From Hypanus sabinus (Eukaryota), in assembly GCF_030144855.1 (NCBI RefSeq), contig NC_082721.1:42904001-42968000 (forward strand): a stretch of 64,000 nt of DNA. The letters are read 5' to 3'. The notes under the pieces are model-generated. The model was given only the letters and a program-made list of their open reading frames with translations, had not been told where the DNA came from and did no database searches. A program made the position numbers and the translations under genes. This document shows, one piece after another, positions 1-12,424 of the stretch (positions are counted from its first letter, which is position 1; every line of letters starts with the position of its first letter).

Positions 1-59
1 GGGCTGAGGCTTATCCTTTCGGGATAAGCATGAAAGAACTGTAGAGATAAAGAAGCAGA

Positions 60-505
60 AAGTTGAAAGGGGAGAGAGGCAGAGAGGGACCTGGGATAGG
101 GGAAGGGGGGGGGGGGAGGGAATTACCAGAAATTGGAGAATTCAATGTTCATACCACCAGGCTGGAGGCTACCCAGATGGTAGATGAGGTGTTGCTCCTC
201 CAACCTGAGTTTGGCCTCATCATTGCAGTAGAGGAGGTCATGTATGGTCACATCTAGATGGGAATGAGAGGCAGAGTTGAAGTGGGTGGCAACCGGGAGA
301 TCCTGTCTATTGTGATGGACAAAGCGGTCCCCCAATCTGCGTCGGGTCTCGCCGATGTAGAGGAGGCTGCACCGGGAGCACCGGATGCAATAGACGACTC
401 CAGCAGACTTGCAGGTGAAGTGTTGCCTCACCTGGAAGGACGGTCTGGGGCCCGGAATGGTGGTAAGGGGGGAGGCGTGGGGACAGGTGTAGCATTACAG
501 TTTGT
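60..505 (-). mobile_element. Penelope-like element 3' fragment (GIY-YIG endonuclease)
   Basis: ORF 123-431 contains VVYCIRCSRC..LYIGETRRRLGDRF, the PLE GIY-YIG signature. It is closely similar to ORF 5981-6775. Confidence 0.85.
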
Positions 506-939
506 CACCAGCGGTGTCGCACAAGTTGAACTCAGTGATGCCTTTAGGACTGCACCTCCGGATTTTTCCTTGGGTTCACTCCTGAAGCCTTCTCCAAGAG
601 CGTGTATAGCTGCAAGGCTGCGGAGGTTTGAGGTCACAGTTCTTCTCCCAGATGAGCTGACAAGCCCCATCTGCCTGAAGTGACTGGTTTTAGGGTGCCA
701 ATGCGTACCTTGTTCCTTCTCCTGTCAGCGGAAATGTATCTGCTGGGCTTAGAAGCTAAGTTGCATGTGAAGGCCAGGAACTGGACTTGGTATCCAGAAG
801 CTATTTGTCATGTACGCCATTGGGAGCATTTAATAGGTCATGGGAACTTATCCTCACTACCTTCCCCGTTTACATCAACCTTAATGAATGTCATTAGTTG
901 GGCATAAGTAAAAGTGCATGGCAGGGTTATGGTATATCT

Positions 940-1345
940 TCATTAATGCTTAGTTAATTTATTAATAATTAATATTCAAGTTCTGGTCATTGTTCTATAT
1001 GAAAGATCTAAATGCACTGGAGAGGATGCAGTGGAGAATCACCAGGTTCTTGCCTGAAATCTGGTATTTCCGCCACGTAGAGAGACTGGATAGACAGTGT
1101 TTGTTTTCCAAGCGGTGGAGAAGGTCAAGGAGGATTTGACTGAGGAAAACAGAACCGAGGTGCATGAATAGTGTAGAGTGTGAGAAGCTTTTTCCTGTAG
1201 TGAAGGTGTCTAAAGATAGAGAACCAGGTTTAATGTAAAGGTCATTTAGTTGACTGTGCTATTTGCCAAGTACTGGAAAATGATATTAGTATTGATAGGT
1301 ACTTGGTGGCCAGCAAGGATGTGGTGGGCTGAATGGCCTTTATTA
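940..1345 (+). mobile_element. Degenerate CR1 LINE 3' end
   Basis: Resembles the RT C-terminus/3' UTR of the intact CR1 at 45100-45604 (ends ..gggctgaatggcct..). No ORF. Confidence 0.55.
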
Positions 1346-2699
1346 TGACTAATTTTACTAAGGTATATTGATGTCAGACTAGTACCTCATCTGTGAAATT
1401 CAGCAATTTTTTCTATGTTCAGAAGGCCTGGAGTAGGATGGACACTGACTAGGTATTGGTAAATAGAGTTAAACATTGCTACCACCACGATGATGTATGG
1501 AAGTAGATCAATGAAGCAGCAACTAGCAGGCTGGATTTATGTTTTTATTCTTGTGGACAAGGAGCTCCTCTTCCTTTGTGTTCAAGGACTCTTTATCATC
1601 CCCACCGTCCACCGATGACCCTTTCTCCAATCTCCAGTACACACCTCCACTTAGACTCTCCCTTCTGGCCTGTTATCCTTTTATTATTTCTAATTGCTGA
1701 CTACCATGCCCCTCATCCACTCCAAAGTTACCCTCTCCAATGTACAGCACTCTGCTCATTTCTGACCTGGATTGTCTTCATCATCAAACCAGCAGACAAG
1801 AAGGAATGGTGTTGTGGTCTTGTGCACTGAACTCTACAGATGTCAATTTCCAGCTTTCTGACATGTCCTCATACCTTCCTCTGCACTCTGACACCACTAA
1901 TGAACACCAGGTCACGTCTCTTGGACCTTACAGATCTCATAACATCAGGATATTTCCCCTCCATGCTTTCCAACATCATAGTGCCCAATCTCACACTGCC
2001 CACTTGTCTAAGCAGGAACCAGTTGTTCCTGCTTGTTCTTGATCTGCTTCTGTACTGTATAACTCTAAGCCCATGATCTCTACTTGCAAGAAGAAGGGCA
2101 GCAAAACATTGGAACACCATATAAGGTGACCGAGCCAGTAAATTCCACACCAGAAGGTATAGAATTCTCTCATTTTGGAACAATACTATTAAAGGAAGCA
2201 AGCAACACAATCCACAATGGTCAACATTGTAACTCATTGGCTAAATTTTACATGTAAGCATTGCCACTTTCCTTCCAGAAATGCCAGGATGGTATTTCTG
2301 TCCAGCACACAATCTAGAGAGATTGCTGAATGATGCTATTCTGTTGGATGAGCAGTTACTCAAAAGTTCCACTTACTTATTCAGGTGGGTGTGAAAAGGT
2401 CTCAATACATTATTCAGGGTAGTTATTCTCTTCTCAAATTATCTATGTCCTAATATAATTTCCAAGTTCATCATATGCAATGGAAATTACGTGAAAGTTA
2501 CTTCCAAGTTCATGAAAGAAATGGCAAATTGTTTTTTTTAGGATAATGTTCTTTGAACATGAACGGAATCTCAGATTACTCCATACATTAATCATATTCC
2601 AGTGTAACACATCTTGATAATTCCCCATTTATCCAATAAATGTTCAATTTTACCAGGAGCAGCTGAGAACACTGTCGAAACTAAGGCACCAATTCAGTA

Positions 2700-3350
2700 A
2701 GTTCTAACAAGCATCCAAATATAGCAAGCAGTATATATTCTCCAAATATATTCTCACTACAATAGTGAGAAAGTAGTGAGCTACCTTGTTAAAATGTAGC
2801 AGCCTCTTAAAGTACCAGCCCAATGCTCCTTACCTCATCGAAGAGCTCCAGTAAGTTTGCAGACAGGACCTGCTCTTCTTCACTCTATGCTGTGTTTGTC
2901 TGATGGAACCACTGTTATCTAAATTTCTTGCTATGTCTTGCTTAATGATATTTTCCAGCATTTTCCTGACTACAGCTGTTCAGCTAACCTGCCCCATAAT
3001 TATTTGCCTTTTGTCTACATTGGGTTTAAACTGGTGTGATATTGGGCATCTTCCAATCAATAGCATCTACTGTAACTTCAACCATTTCTTTCAGAAACTT
3101 GGGATGCATCCTATCAGGGCCGGGGGATGTACCTACCTTTAGGCTCACGAGTTTGCTCATCACTACCTCTTTAGTGACAGCGACTGTATCCAGGTCCTCA
3201 CTTCTCAATGAATCAGAACATCTCTCCTTGGCATGTTAGACATGCCTCTGAATGTGAACATTGACAAATATAATCTTCAAGGCATTGGCCATTTTCATAT
3301 CCAATATTAGTTTTCCTTTCTCATCTTCCAACAGACCCAAGTTCACTCAA
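2700..3350 (-). mobile_element. CR1 LINE RT fragment
   Basis: ORF 3026-3208 (LKVGTSPGPDRMHPKFLKE) parallels LKANKSPGPDGLHPRVLKE in the CR1 ORF at 43787. Confidence 0.75.
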
Positions 3351-3355
3351 ACCAT

Positions 3356-3870
3356 TGTTGGAAACAATTAAACTTCCAGCATCTGCAGACTTTCTCATGT
3401 TTATGATTGTCTACTGTTTTATTTTAAATACTTTAGGAGATACTAGATGAATCATTTGTGCTTTTACTGAAGTTGTAGGGTAATCATTTGTACTTTTTAC
3501 CAACGCATGTATTTTTCACAGTATGTGATGGTTTGCTGCCACTTACTGCCAGAAAGCGGTATAGCAGTTAAGCTAACGTTCATCATTTTTCATTGGCTAT
3601 AGTTAGCACATTACCCATGTAATATATTTGTGCATTTCAACCAAGGAATTTCCCTTTATAATAAAGGCGATGGATTTTTCTGAAGCACCTTTTTAATCTC
3701 CATTTTCTATGCTTTTCATTTATCTCTGCTTTGTTCCTCAGCTCTTTGCTTAGTATTTGTATGTTTCTTTAAACCTTAAAATAAACAATTATAAAAGAAT
3801 TAAAGCTGCTCACCAACTTGACCCCGTGGAAGAACCAGAAAAAGGATCAGTAAAGTAATAAGATCCAACA
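3356..3870 (+). repeat. 5' LTR of an old endogenous retrovirus-like element
   Basis: Terminal inverted repeat TGTTGGA (3356) / TCCAACA (3864-3870). About 350 bp align by eye with 19143-19510, which also starts TGTTGGAAAC. Followed directly by a PBS-like sequence. Confidence 0.7.
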
Positions 3871-3873
3871 ATT

Positions 3874-3892
3874 TAGTGCCCAGATGTGGGAC
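3874..3892 (+). promoter_or_regulatory. Primer-binding site, tRNA-Lys(1,2)-like
   Basis: TAGTGCCCAGATGTGGGAC lies 3 nt after the LTR end. It matches the Lys1,2 PBS TGGCGCCCAACGTGGGGC at 14/18 positions with one gap. Confidence 0.6.
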
Positions 3893-5165
3893 GATTACTT
3901 AAATAAAACCAGATGAAGAAAGGCAGCTTTAAGTGTGCATCTGTGAGGTAAGACAACTTCCTCTATTCCTTAATTGTCCAAGAATAAATATCTTCAGTAC
4001 ATTGTTTAAAGGGAGTTTAAGAGTGAGTAGAGGCTGTGTTTTACTTTACCTGTGGTGGTTGGTATAAATTTTTAGAGAAGTGCAGAGGGTGATATAAATC
4101 GTTGGACAAGAGGCCAATAAAAGTTCTAAATATTGGATGTATAAGTTTGTGTCATTGTTATAACCTGATATTATAGTCATAATGGGGTTATGAGATGTTC
4201 GATGTGCAAAAGTGAAGACTATCCCTTCAAGTCAAATCAAATCAAATCAAGTTTATAATTCAGACCATACTTAGATACAGCTGAATGAAAGTGTTCCTCT
4301 GGAGCCAAGGTGCAAAAACATACACACGCATTCAGAATAATGAGAAAAGAAAACAAAAGAACATAGTCACATAAGAAAACACATTTTTAGCCCAAGACCC
4401 TGAGCAACAAATCCTGGAAATTTATGGTTCCTGGCACCCAGCCTGTAATACCAGCAAACCACCACTGGAGGGCAGGATGGATGGGACAGCCCACCCCCAT
4501 GCCACATGACAATGCAAGCCTCTGGCTTGTGGCCTAGTCTTTGCTACAACAGCTGCCACGCAGCCTATCTCCCCACCAAACAAAGGAAGCAGGTCTGCGG
4601 TGATCAATGACTAGCAGGGTCTTGCGATCGCAAAAGAAACTTCTAGGATCGTCACTTACAGTTTCACTACATGCTGCCTTTGCACCAATTCGAAGGCATT
4701 AACTCCAGAACCTATGAGTGCCAGGCAGCGGCGTGGTCTGCACCCAGGTCAACTCTTCTGAACCCAAATTGGTTCTTTCTGAGATCTGGCAACCTGACTC
4801 AAATCCTTCAATCTGACTGGCCTTTCTGAACCGTTTGGCTGAGACCTGGCTGGCTACACCGAACGATGAGCAGCTTACTGATACAGCGGAACTGCCGTAC
4901 ATGTAGTTATTGGAGTCAAGAATAGCCTTACTATGTACAAAAGCTCATTTAACAAAGGAAAATGTACCTTTGGTTGGCCCCTGAGAGACTGCTATGTGTA
5001 TACATGCCTCCATCTTACTGGATCTTAACATCTTAAGATCAAATCTGATACAGTGTTCGAAGTTTTGAAAATGACCAGTGAATCCCTTGAACTCCCAGCT
5101 GGGAGGGAACAGCTAACTGAAGTCTTACTTAAGTGACGTATGTAAACTTGATACCATTGGTAAAG

Positions 5166-5400
5166 AGCACGGCAGCGTAGTGGTTAGCACAATGCTTTAC
5201 AGTCCCAGTGACCAGGGTCCATTTCTCACCACTGCCTGTAAGGAGTTTGTGCGTTCTCCCCAGGGGTCTCCTCCGGATGCTCACACAGTCACAAAATGTA
5301 CTGGTTGTTAGGTTAATTGTTAAATCAGGGGTCGCAGGGAGGTGTGGTTTGGAAAGCCCGAAGGCCTATTCCATGCTGTTTCTCAATAAATACATATGGA
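5166..5400 (+). mobile_element. tRNA-derived SINE
   Basis: tRNA-like head (GGCAGCGTAGTGGTTAGCA A box, degenerate B box), a SINE body and an AATAAA-containing 3' end at ~5385. Confidence 0.7.
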
Positions 5401-5651
5401 AGAAATGTTCTATCGATGCCAAGTCTAGTGAGGACTGGTTTATGATGTGGAACATGGTGGATTATGATCAGAAGGATGGGCTCAGGAACTAAGACAACAG
5501 CTTGAACGCCAGTGATCTGAACAGAGCAGCTAAACGAGCTGCATAACGAGATACAAAATCAGACAGACGCCTTAAAATGCAAACACAAACATACTGATTT
5601 AGAAAATCAAACCCGTGTACTGTGTCAATAAGTAAATGATTTAAGTAACCA

Positions 5652-6876
5652 AAACACAAAATGCTGGCAGAACTCAGCAGGCCAGACAGCATCTATGGGA
5701 GGAGGTAGTGACGACGTTTTGGGCTGAAACCCTTCATCAGGAGTGAAGTAACATGGGATGGTCGAGGGGGGATAAGAAGTGGGGGGAGGTTTGAAGTAGA
5801 GAGCTGGGAAGTGATAGGCTGGAGGGAAATGGGCTGGGGGAAGGTGGAGAATTATGCAAAATAAAAGAGAAAGAAAGGTAGGGCTGGGGGGAGATTGTAG
5901 TGAGGGGGGGGGGAAGAGAGAGAAAGAGAACCAGACTAAAATTATAGATAGGGATGGGGTAAGGGGGGGGGGCAGGTGTATCAACGGAGGTCTGTGAGTT
6001 GAATGTTCATGCCGGCAGGTAGGAGGCTACTTAGGCGGGAGATAAGGTATTGCTCCATCGACCTGCGTGTGGCCTCATCTTGACGGTAGAGGAGGCCATG
6101 GACAGACATGTCGGAGTGGGAGTGGTCTGTGGAATTGAAGTGTGTGGCCACAGGGAGATCCCGGCACTGCTGGAGGACTGAGCGCCGGTGTTCGGCGAAA
6201 CAGTCTCCCAGTCTGCGGTGGGTCTTCCCAATGTATAAATGGCCACATCGGGAGCTCCGAATACAGCATATCACCCCAGTTGACTCGCAGGTGAAGTGGT
6301 GCCTCATCTGAAAGGACTGTCTGGGGCCTGGGATGGTGGTGAGGGAAGAAGTGTGGGGGCAGGTGTAGCACTTCTTCCGTTTGCAGGGATGAGTGCCCGG
6401 AGGGAGGTCAGTGGGGATGGATTGGGGGGGGGGGAATGAATGGACAAGGGAGTCACATAGGGAGCGATCCCTGCGGAAAGCCGAGAGTAGGGGGGAGGGG
6501 AAGATGAGTCTGGTGGTGGGATCCCGTAGGAGGTGACGGAAGTTACGGAGAATTGTACGTTGGATCTGTAGGCTGGTAGGGTAATAGGTGAGGACCAGGG
6601 GGACTCTATCCCTGGTGGGCTGGCGGGGAGATGGGGTGAGGGCAGAGGTGCGTGAAATATGGGAGACGCGATGGAGGGCAGAGTTGATAGTGGACGAAGT
6701 GCCCCTTTCTAAAGAAAGTGCCCCTTTCTTTAAAAAAGGAAGACATCTCCTTTGTCCTAGAATGAAAGGCCTCATTCAGAGAACAGATACAACGGAGGCG
6801 GAGGAATTGAGAGAAAGGGATAGCATTTTTGCAGGAGACAGGGTGGGAGGAGGAATAGTCTAGGTAGCTGTGAGCG
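5652..6876 (-). mobile_element. Penelope-like element, 5'-truncated, with 12-bp target-site duplication
   Basis: ORF 5981-6775 (264 aa) has CKRKKCYTC and the GIY-YIG region (LYIGKT.RRLGDCFAEH). TTTAAGTAACCA occurs at 5640-5651 and 6877-6888. Confidence 0.9.
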
Positions 6877-7629
6877 TTTAAGTAACCAGCTGGGTGAAGA
6901 GGAAACCTGGCATGCTAAAAGAGCAGTACAAAAAAGACAGCAAAATGTCTGAAAAGCAGATCTGTGTGTTAACGGAATGGATGAAAGAACAGCATGCTGT
7001 ATGTTCTGTATGTCCATAGTCAGGAGCTCTATTCAGAGTTGCAGAGTGAAGTGAGGAAATCCTCGCTGCACGGGAAAGACCTTGATGGGCGGTTCAGCCA
7101 ACCCAGAGGGCGTGATAATGGTGATGTCAGTCATGTTGAAAGGCAGCCAACACTAACTCGTCTCCAGAAAAAATGCCCCCTCAGGAACTCCATGATGTGA
7201 ACAGTGATGTCACTTCAAATTGGAAGGCAGCCAACTCTGACTGGTCTCCAGAAACAGCGACACCTTGGGACCTCCAAGTAACTGCAAAGTGATACTGATT
7301 CACCAGAGACCTCTAGTGGCCGAAGTTATGATGACAGTAATAACATGGCAGTCGTGGCAAGATTTACCTCAGTAAAAACTAAGGGAAGTACACTCAAGAT
7401 TGCTGATGGAGATCTACTAGATCAAGTAGAAAATTGACAAATGGTCCAGGGAAGTTCCACATCCTCAAAAAATAAGCTTAAATCTTGTGCGAATTAAACT
7501 AATTCAACGAATTAAACTTAATTCAACGAATTAAGAACATATAAAATTGCATCCATTTGATGGTGTTCAGATTTTAGCTACTATGCTAACAACTCAGCAA
7601 ATAAACCACACTAGGAGCAAAGTGACCTT

Positions 7630-8085
7630 GATAGACCTAGAGGTGAATTGTCACCTCACCTAGAAGGACTGTTTGGGGCCCTGAATGGTAGTGAAGGAGG
7701 AGGTGTAGGGACAGGTGTAACATTTGTTCTGCTTTCAAGGATAAGTGCCAGGAGGAAGATCAGTGGGGAGGGATGAATGGACAAGGGAGTAGTGTAGGGA
7801 ATGGAAAGCAGGAATTCAGGGGCAGGGAAAGATGTCCTTGGTGGTAGGATCCCATTGGAGATGGTGGAAGTTCCGGAGAATTACGTGCTGACCATGAAGG
7901 ATGGTGGGTGGTAGGTGAGGATATCGGTGAGACCTGATGTAGATTGGGAGACTGCTTCATTGAACAGCTACGCTTCATCTGTCAGAAGAAGCAAGACCTT
8001 CCAGTGGCCACCCATTTTAATTCCACTTCCCATTTCCATTCTGAGTTGTCTATCCATGGCCACACTCAGGTCAGAGGAACAACAT
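7630..8085 (-). mobile_element. Penelope-like fragments
   Basis: Sequence parallels 6200-6560 and 17950-18050. Confidence 0.65.
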
Positions 8086-8089
8086 ATTT

Positions 8090-11000
8090 AGTGAGTAGGT
8101 CACACCGCAGTTTAAGGATCTAAGGAAAGATAGGGAATGGGTGACCAACAGGAACATTAGTAGCAGGAAGGTAGTACAGGAGCCTCCTGTGGTCATCCCC
8201 CTCCAAAACAGATACAGTATACCACTTTGGAGTCTGTTGGGGGAGATGGCTCATCAGGTGAAGGCAGCAGTAGCCAGGGTCGTGGCACCGTGGGCAAGAG
8301 GACAAGAAAAAGAGTGGCGGAGCTGTTGTGGTACGGGATTTCATGGTAAGGGAATAGAGAGGAGCTTTTGTGGCTGCAAACGGGACTGCAGTATGGTGTG
8401 AGGAGCTTTTGTGGCTGCAAACGGGACTGCAGTATGGTGTGTTGCCTCCTGGGTGCAAGGGTCAGAGATGTCTCGGAGAGGCTGCAGGGCATTCTGAAAG
8501 GGGAGGGTGAACAGCCGGCTGTCGTGGTGCATGTAGGTACTAACAATATAGGAAGAAAGCGGGATGAGGTCCTACAAGCTGAATTTAGGGAGCTAGGAGA
8601 TAAATTAGAGAGTAGGACCTCAGAGGTAATAATCTCAGGATTACTACCAGAGCCATGTGCTAGCCAGAGTTGGAATAGCAGGATAGCTAGAGTGAATATG
8701 TGGCTTGAGCGGTGGTGCAGGAGGGAGGGCTTCAGATTCTTGGGGCATTGGAACCACTTCTCAGGGAGGTGAGACCAGTACCATCCGGACAGTCTACATC
8801 TGGGCAGGGCCAGGATCAATGTCCTAGGGATTGTTTGCTAGTGCTCTTGGGGAGGTTTTAAACTAATATGGCAGAGGGATGGGAACCCATACAAAAAAGA
8901 AGAGGGAAGTGATGAAGAGACCAAAGCTAGAGTTAGTGAAGAAAAATGTAAGAGTAGATTGCATAAAAGTAAAAAGAAAAAAATCACATAGGTCACTAGA
9001 TTCCAAAAGGACAATGAGTATAAGGGCACTTTATCTACATGCCCGTAGTATTAGAAAGAAGGTTAGTGAACTTGTGGCACAAATCAGTACCAACACATAT
9101 GATTTAGTGGCCATTACAGAAACCTGGTTGCAAGTTGGAGATGACTGGGAACTAAATATCCAAGGGTATCAGGTAATACGGAAAGATAGACAGGAAGGCA
9201 AAGGAGTTGGGGTGGTGCTCTTGATTAAGGATGAGATCAGGGTGATTGTGAGAGACGACATAAGATCTATGGAGCAGAATGTTGAGTCCATCTGGGTAGA
9301 GATTAAGAATAGTAAAGGGGGAAAAAAAATCACTGGTGGGAGTTGTCTATAGGCCACCTAATAAAAATATTGCAGTGGCAGAGGCAATTAACCAAGAAAT
9401 AACTGAGGCTTGTAAGGATGGAACAGCAGTTGTCATGGGGGATTTTAACTTCCATATAGATTGGGTGAATCAGGTTGGTCAAGGAAGTCTTGAGGAGGAC
9501 TTCATAGAATGCATCCGTGATGGCTTTCTTGAACAGCATGTTAGTGAACCTACAAGGGAAAATACTATCTTAGATCTAGTCCTGTGCAATGAGACAGGTA
9601 AGATTAACAATCTTGTAGTCAGGGATCCTCATGGAAAGAGTGATCATAGTATGACTGAATTTCACATACAGATGGAGGGTGAAATAGTTAGATCTAAAAC
9701 TAGTGTATTATGCATGAACAAGGGAAGCTACAACAGGATGAGGGAGGAGTTGGCTAATGCGGATTGGGAGCACAGGCTATTTTGGTAAGACAGTTGAGGA
9801 ACAGTGGAATATTTTCAAAGAGATTTTTCACAGTGCTAAAACAAAAGTATATTCCAGTCAAAAGTCAGGACAGTAAGTTTGGGGAGAGCCAGCCTTGGAA
9901 AACTAAGGAAATAAAAGATAGTATCAAATTAAATGCTCATGTACACAAAGTCACAAGGAGCGGTGCAAACCGGAGGATCGGGAAAACTTTAAAAAGCAAC
10001 AAAGTACAACTAAACAAGAAATAAGGAAAGGGAAGATAGAGTATGAAAGTAAATTAGCACAAAATATAAAAACAGTTAGCAAAAGTTTTTATAAATATAT
10101 AAAGTGGAAAAGGGTGGTTAAAGTCAACGTAGGCCCTTTGGAAGATGAGAAGGCGAAACTGATATTGGGTGATAAGGAAACGGCTGAGGCATTGAACGAC
10201 TATTTTGTGTCGGTCTTCACGGTGGAGGACACATCTAATATGCCAAAGAATGATGTTATGGATGAAATGGGAGGTGAGGACCTCGATAAAATCACTGTCA
10301 CTAAAGAGATAGTGATGAGAAAAGTAGAGGGCCTGAAGGTAGATAAGTCCCCTGGTCCTGATGGGATGCATCCCAGGGTGCTGAAGGAATTGGCGGAGGT
10401 TATAGTAGACACATTGGTAATCATTTACCAAAATTCTCTAGATTCTGGGCAGGTCCCTGCGGATTGGAAGACAGCAAATATCACGTCACTTTTTAAAAAA
10501 GAATTTAGGCAAAAGACAGGCAACTATAGGCCAGTTAGCTTAACATCTGTAGTCGGGAAAATGCTTGAAGCTGTCATTAAGGAAGAAACAGTGATACATT
10601 TAGAAAGGAGTGGTTCCATTGGACAGATGCAGCATGGATTCAGAAAAGGCAGGTCCTGTTTGACAAATTTACTGGAGTTCTTTGAGGACATAATGAGTTC
10701 AATGGATAGAGAGGTACAGGTGGATGTCATATACTTGGATTTCCAGAAGACATTCAAGGTGCCGCACAAGAGATTTATAAATAAGATATGGGTGCATGGA
10801 GTCAGAAGAAGTGTATTGTCATGGATGGTGGATTGATTAACTGGTAGAAGGCAGAGAGTTGGTATAAATGGGTGTTTCTCTGGTTGGCAGGCAGTGGTGA
10901 GTGGGGTGTCGCAGGGGTTGGTGCTGGGCCCACAGCTGTTTACCATTTACATTGATGATTTGGAAGAGGGGACTGAGTGTAGTGTAGCAAAATTTGCTGA

Positions 11001-11237
11001 TGACACTAAACTGAGTGGAAAAGCAAATTGTACAGAGGATGTGGAGAGTCTTCAGAGGGATATAGATAGGTTAAGTGAGTGGGCCAAGGTCTGGCCGATG
11101 GAATACAATGTTGGTAAATGCGAGATCATCCACTTTGGAAGGAATAATAGAAGAGCAGATTATTACTTAAATGGCGAAAGATTGCAGCATGCTGTTGTGC
11201 AGAGGAACTTGAGAGTGCTTGTTCATGAATCGCAAAA
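8090..11237 (+). mobile_element. CR1 LINE (SGNH esterase, AP endonuclease, RT), frameshifted
   Basis: ORFs show VVHVGTN (esterase), ALYLHARS..ITETWL..YRPP..MGDFN (APE) and PGPDG..YRPVSL..YLDFQK, SQGLVLGP..FADD (RT). Confidence 0.9.
8359..8440 (+). repeat. Perfect 41-bp tandem duplication inside the CR1 esterase region
   Basis: GAGGAGCTTTTGTGGCTGCAAACGGGACTGCAGTATGGTGT occurs twice, head to tail. Confidence 0.95.
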
Positions 11238-11381
11238 AGGGGCACAGAGGTGTCACAGAGAGAGGGGAGACCAACAAAAAAAACTTGCTGATTTTCGATG
11301 TGTAAGTCTCATGCGTTGTTTTTTTACCTGAGTTGTCTAGCTTGGGAATCGGCACCAAACTCTTCCCACCAACGAGAGACG

Positions 11382-11501
11382 GAGAGAGAATGGTTCGTGC
11401 TACTTGTTCTTCATTGACTTTAGAGGCTTCTTCCCCATGATAGAGAGAGAATGGTTCATGCTATTTGTTCTTCATTGACTTTAGAGGCTTTTTCCCCATG
11501 A
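11382..11501. repeat. Near-perfect tandem duplication, period ~61 bp
   Basis: gagagagaatggttc.tgcta.ttgttcttcattgactttagaggctt.ttccccatga starts at both 11382 and 11443. Confidence 0.9.
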
Positions 11502-11734
11502 CAGTTGTGTCCTGTTTTTCTCTGTTGTCGAAACATCACCCCTGCCATAAAACACCCCCCCCCCCGTCATAAAGCATACATAGCTTCCTATAAGCCTCCA
11601 TCCAAACCAGTTATCCAACAAAGTACTCTGGACCACACGTTCCATTCCATTTTGTCACATTATGTTTTACAGAAGTTATAAATTCATAAAGAATTCTGGG
11701 TTACACACCTGCTAACCAGTAGAAAGGTGGAACT

Positions 11735-12300
11735 GCAATTCACAGCAATATGTTAATTTACTGGTTGCAAACAAACGTGATGCACTTTATTTGCTCGATG
11801 ATCTTGCCATCAGGGACACAAAACACAACTGCAACAAGAGAAATTTGGGAAATCAGTTGGGAAGTTTTCTATCCCAAGCAAATAATTTTCTCTTGTTGCA
11901 TTTGTTGCAATCTGCACTGAAGATCGTGCGAAGGCTGTTAAATCAGCAAAGCCACCTACAACAGTCCAGCACCTTCAATCATTTCTCAGCTTGTGCAACT
12001 ATGACCGAGTGTGAGTTGATTCATATGCTGAAATTGCTCCACCCCTCACTCATCTGCACTCTGACAACCCTATGAATTTTAATGAAGAACAGGCGGAAGC
12101 CTTTCAAACTTTGAAGGTGATACTGAGTATTGTACCTGCATTGGCAATCCCTGATGTGGGAAAACCATTTACCCTGTATGTCAAAGAGTAGCATGGTTTT
12201 AACTGGAGAGCAGTGTCCTACAGGCAGTGTGAGCAACTTACTTAGCAGTCATGACTGGTCATAGGCTGGTGACCCCATTTGAGCTGTTTCCTTATCTGGC
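11735..12300 (+). pseudogene. ERV pol remnant: RT palm/thumb and connection
   Basis: Hand translation gives QYVNLLVA (decayed YVDD), DALYLLDDLA, PPTTVQHLQSFLSLCNY and PALAIPDVGKPFTLYVKE, as in gamma/epsilon-like retroviral pol. Confidence 0.65.
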
Positions 12301-12424
12301 ACAGCAGACACACTCCTTAGGACACATTAGAGTTCAAAACATGGTTGATAACATTCTCTCAGTTTGGTGGAATCCAAAGTTCAGGATGCAGGCTTGACAA
12401 ACAATTGACATGCCAGAAAACAAA

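Larger units (their letters stand above)
4890..7620 (+). pseudogene. Probable ERV gag remnant (coiled-coil region), interrupted by a SINE and a Penelope element
   Basis: Lies between the PBS and the pol remnants. Removing the TSD-flanked Penelope insert joins EQLNELHNEIQNQTDALKCKHKHTDLENQTRVLCQ*VNDLSNQ to LGEEE in frame. Multiple stops. Confidence 0.4.

Noticed and set aside
3390-3760. Segmental duplication or conserved element shared with 19150-19510
   Set aside because: Better explained as an LTR pair, given the terminal repeats, PBS, PPT and intervening pol remnants.
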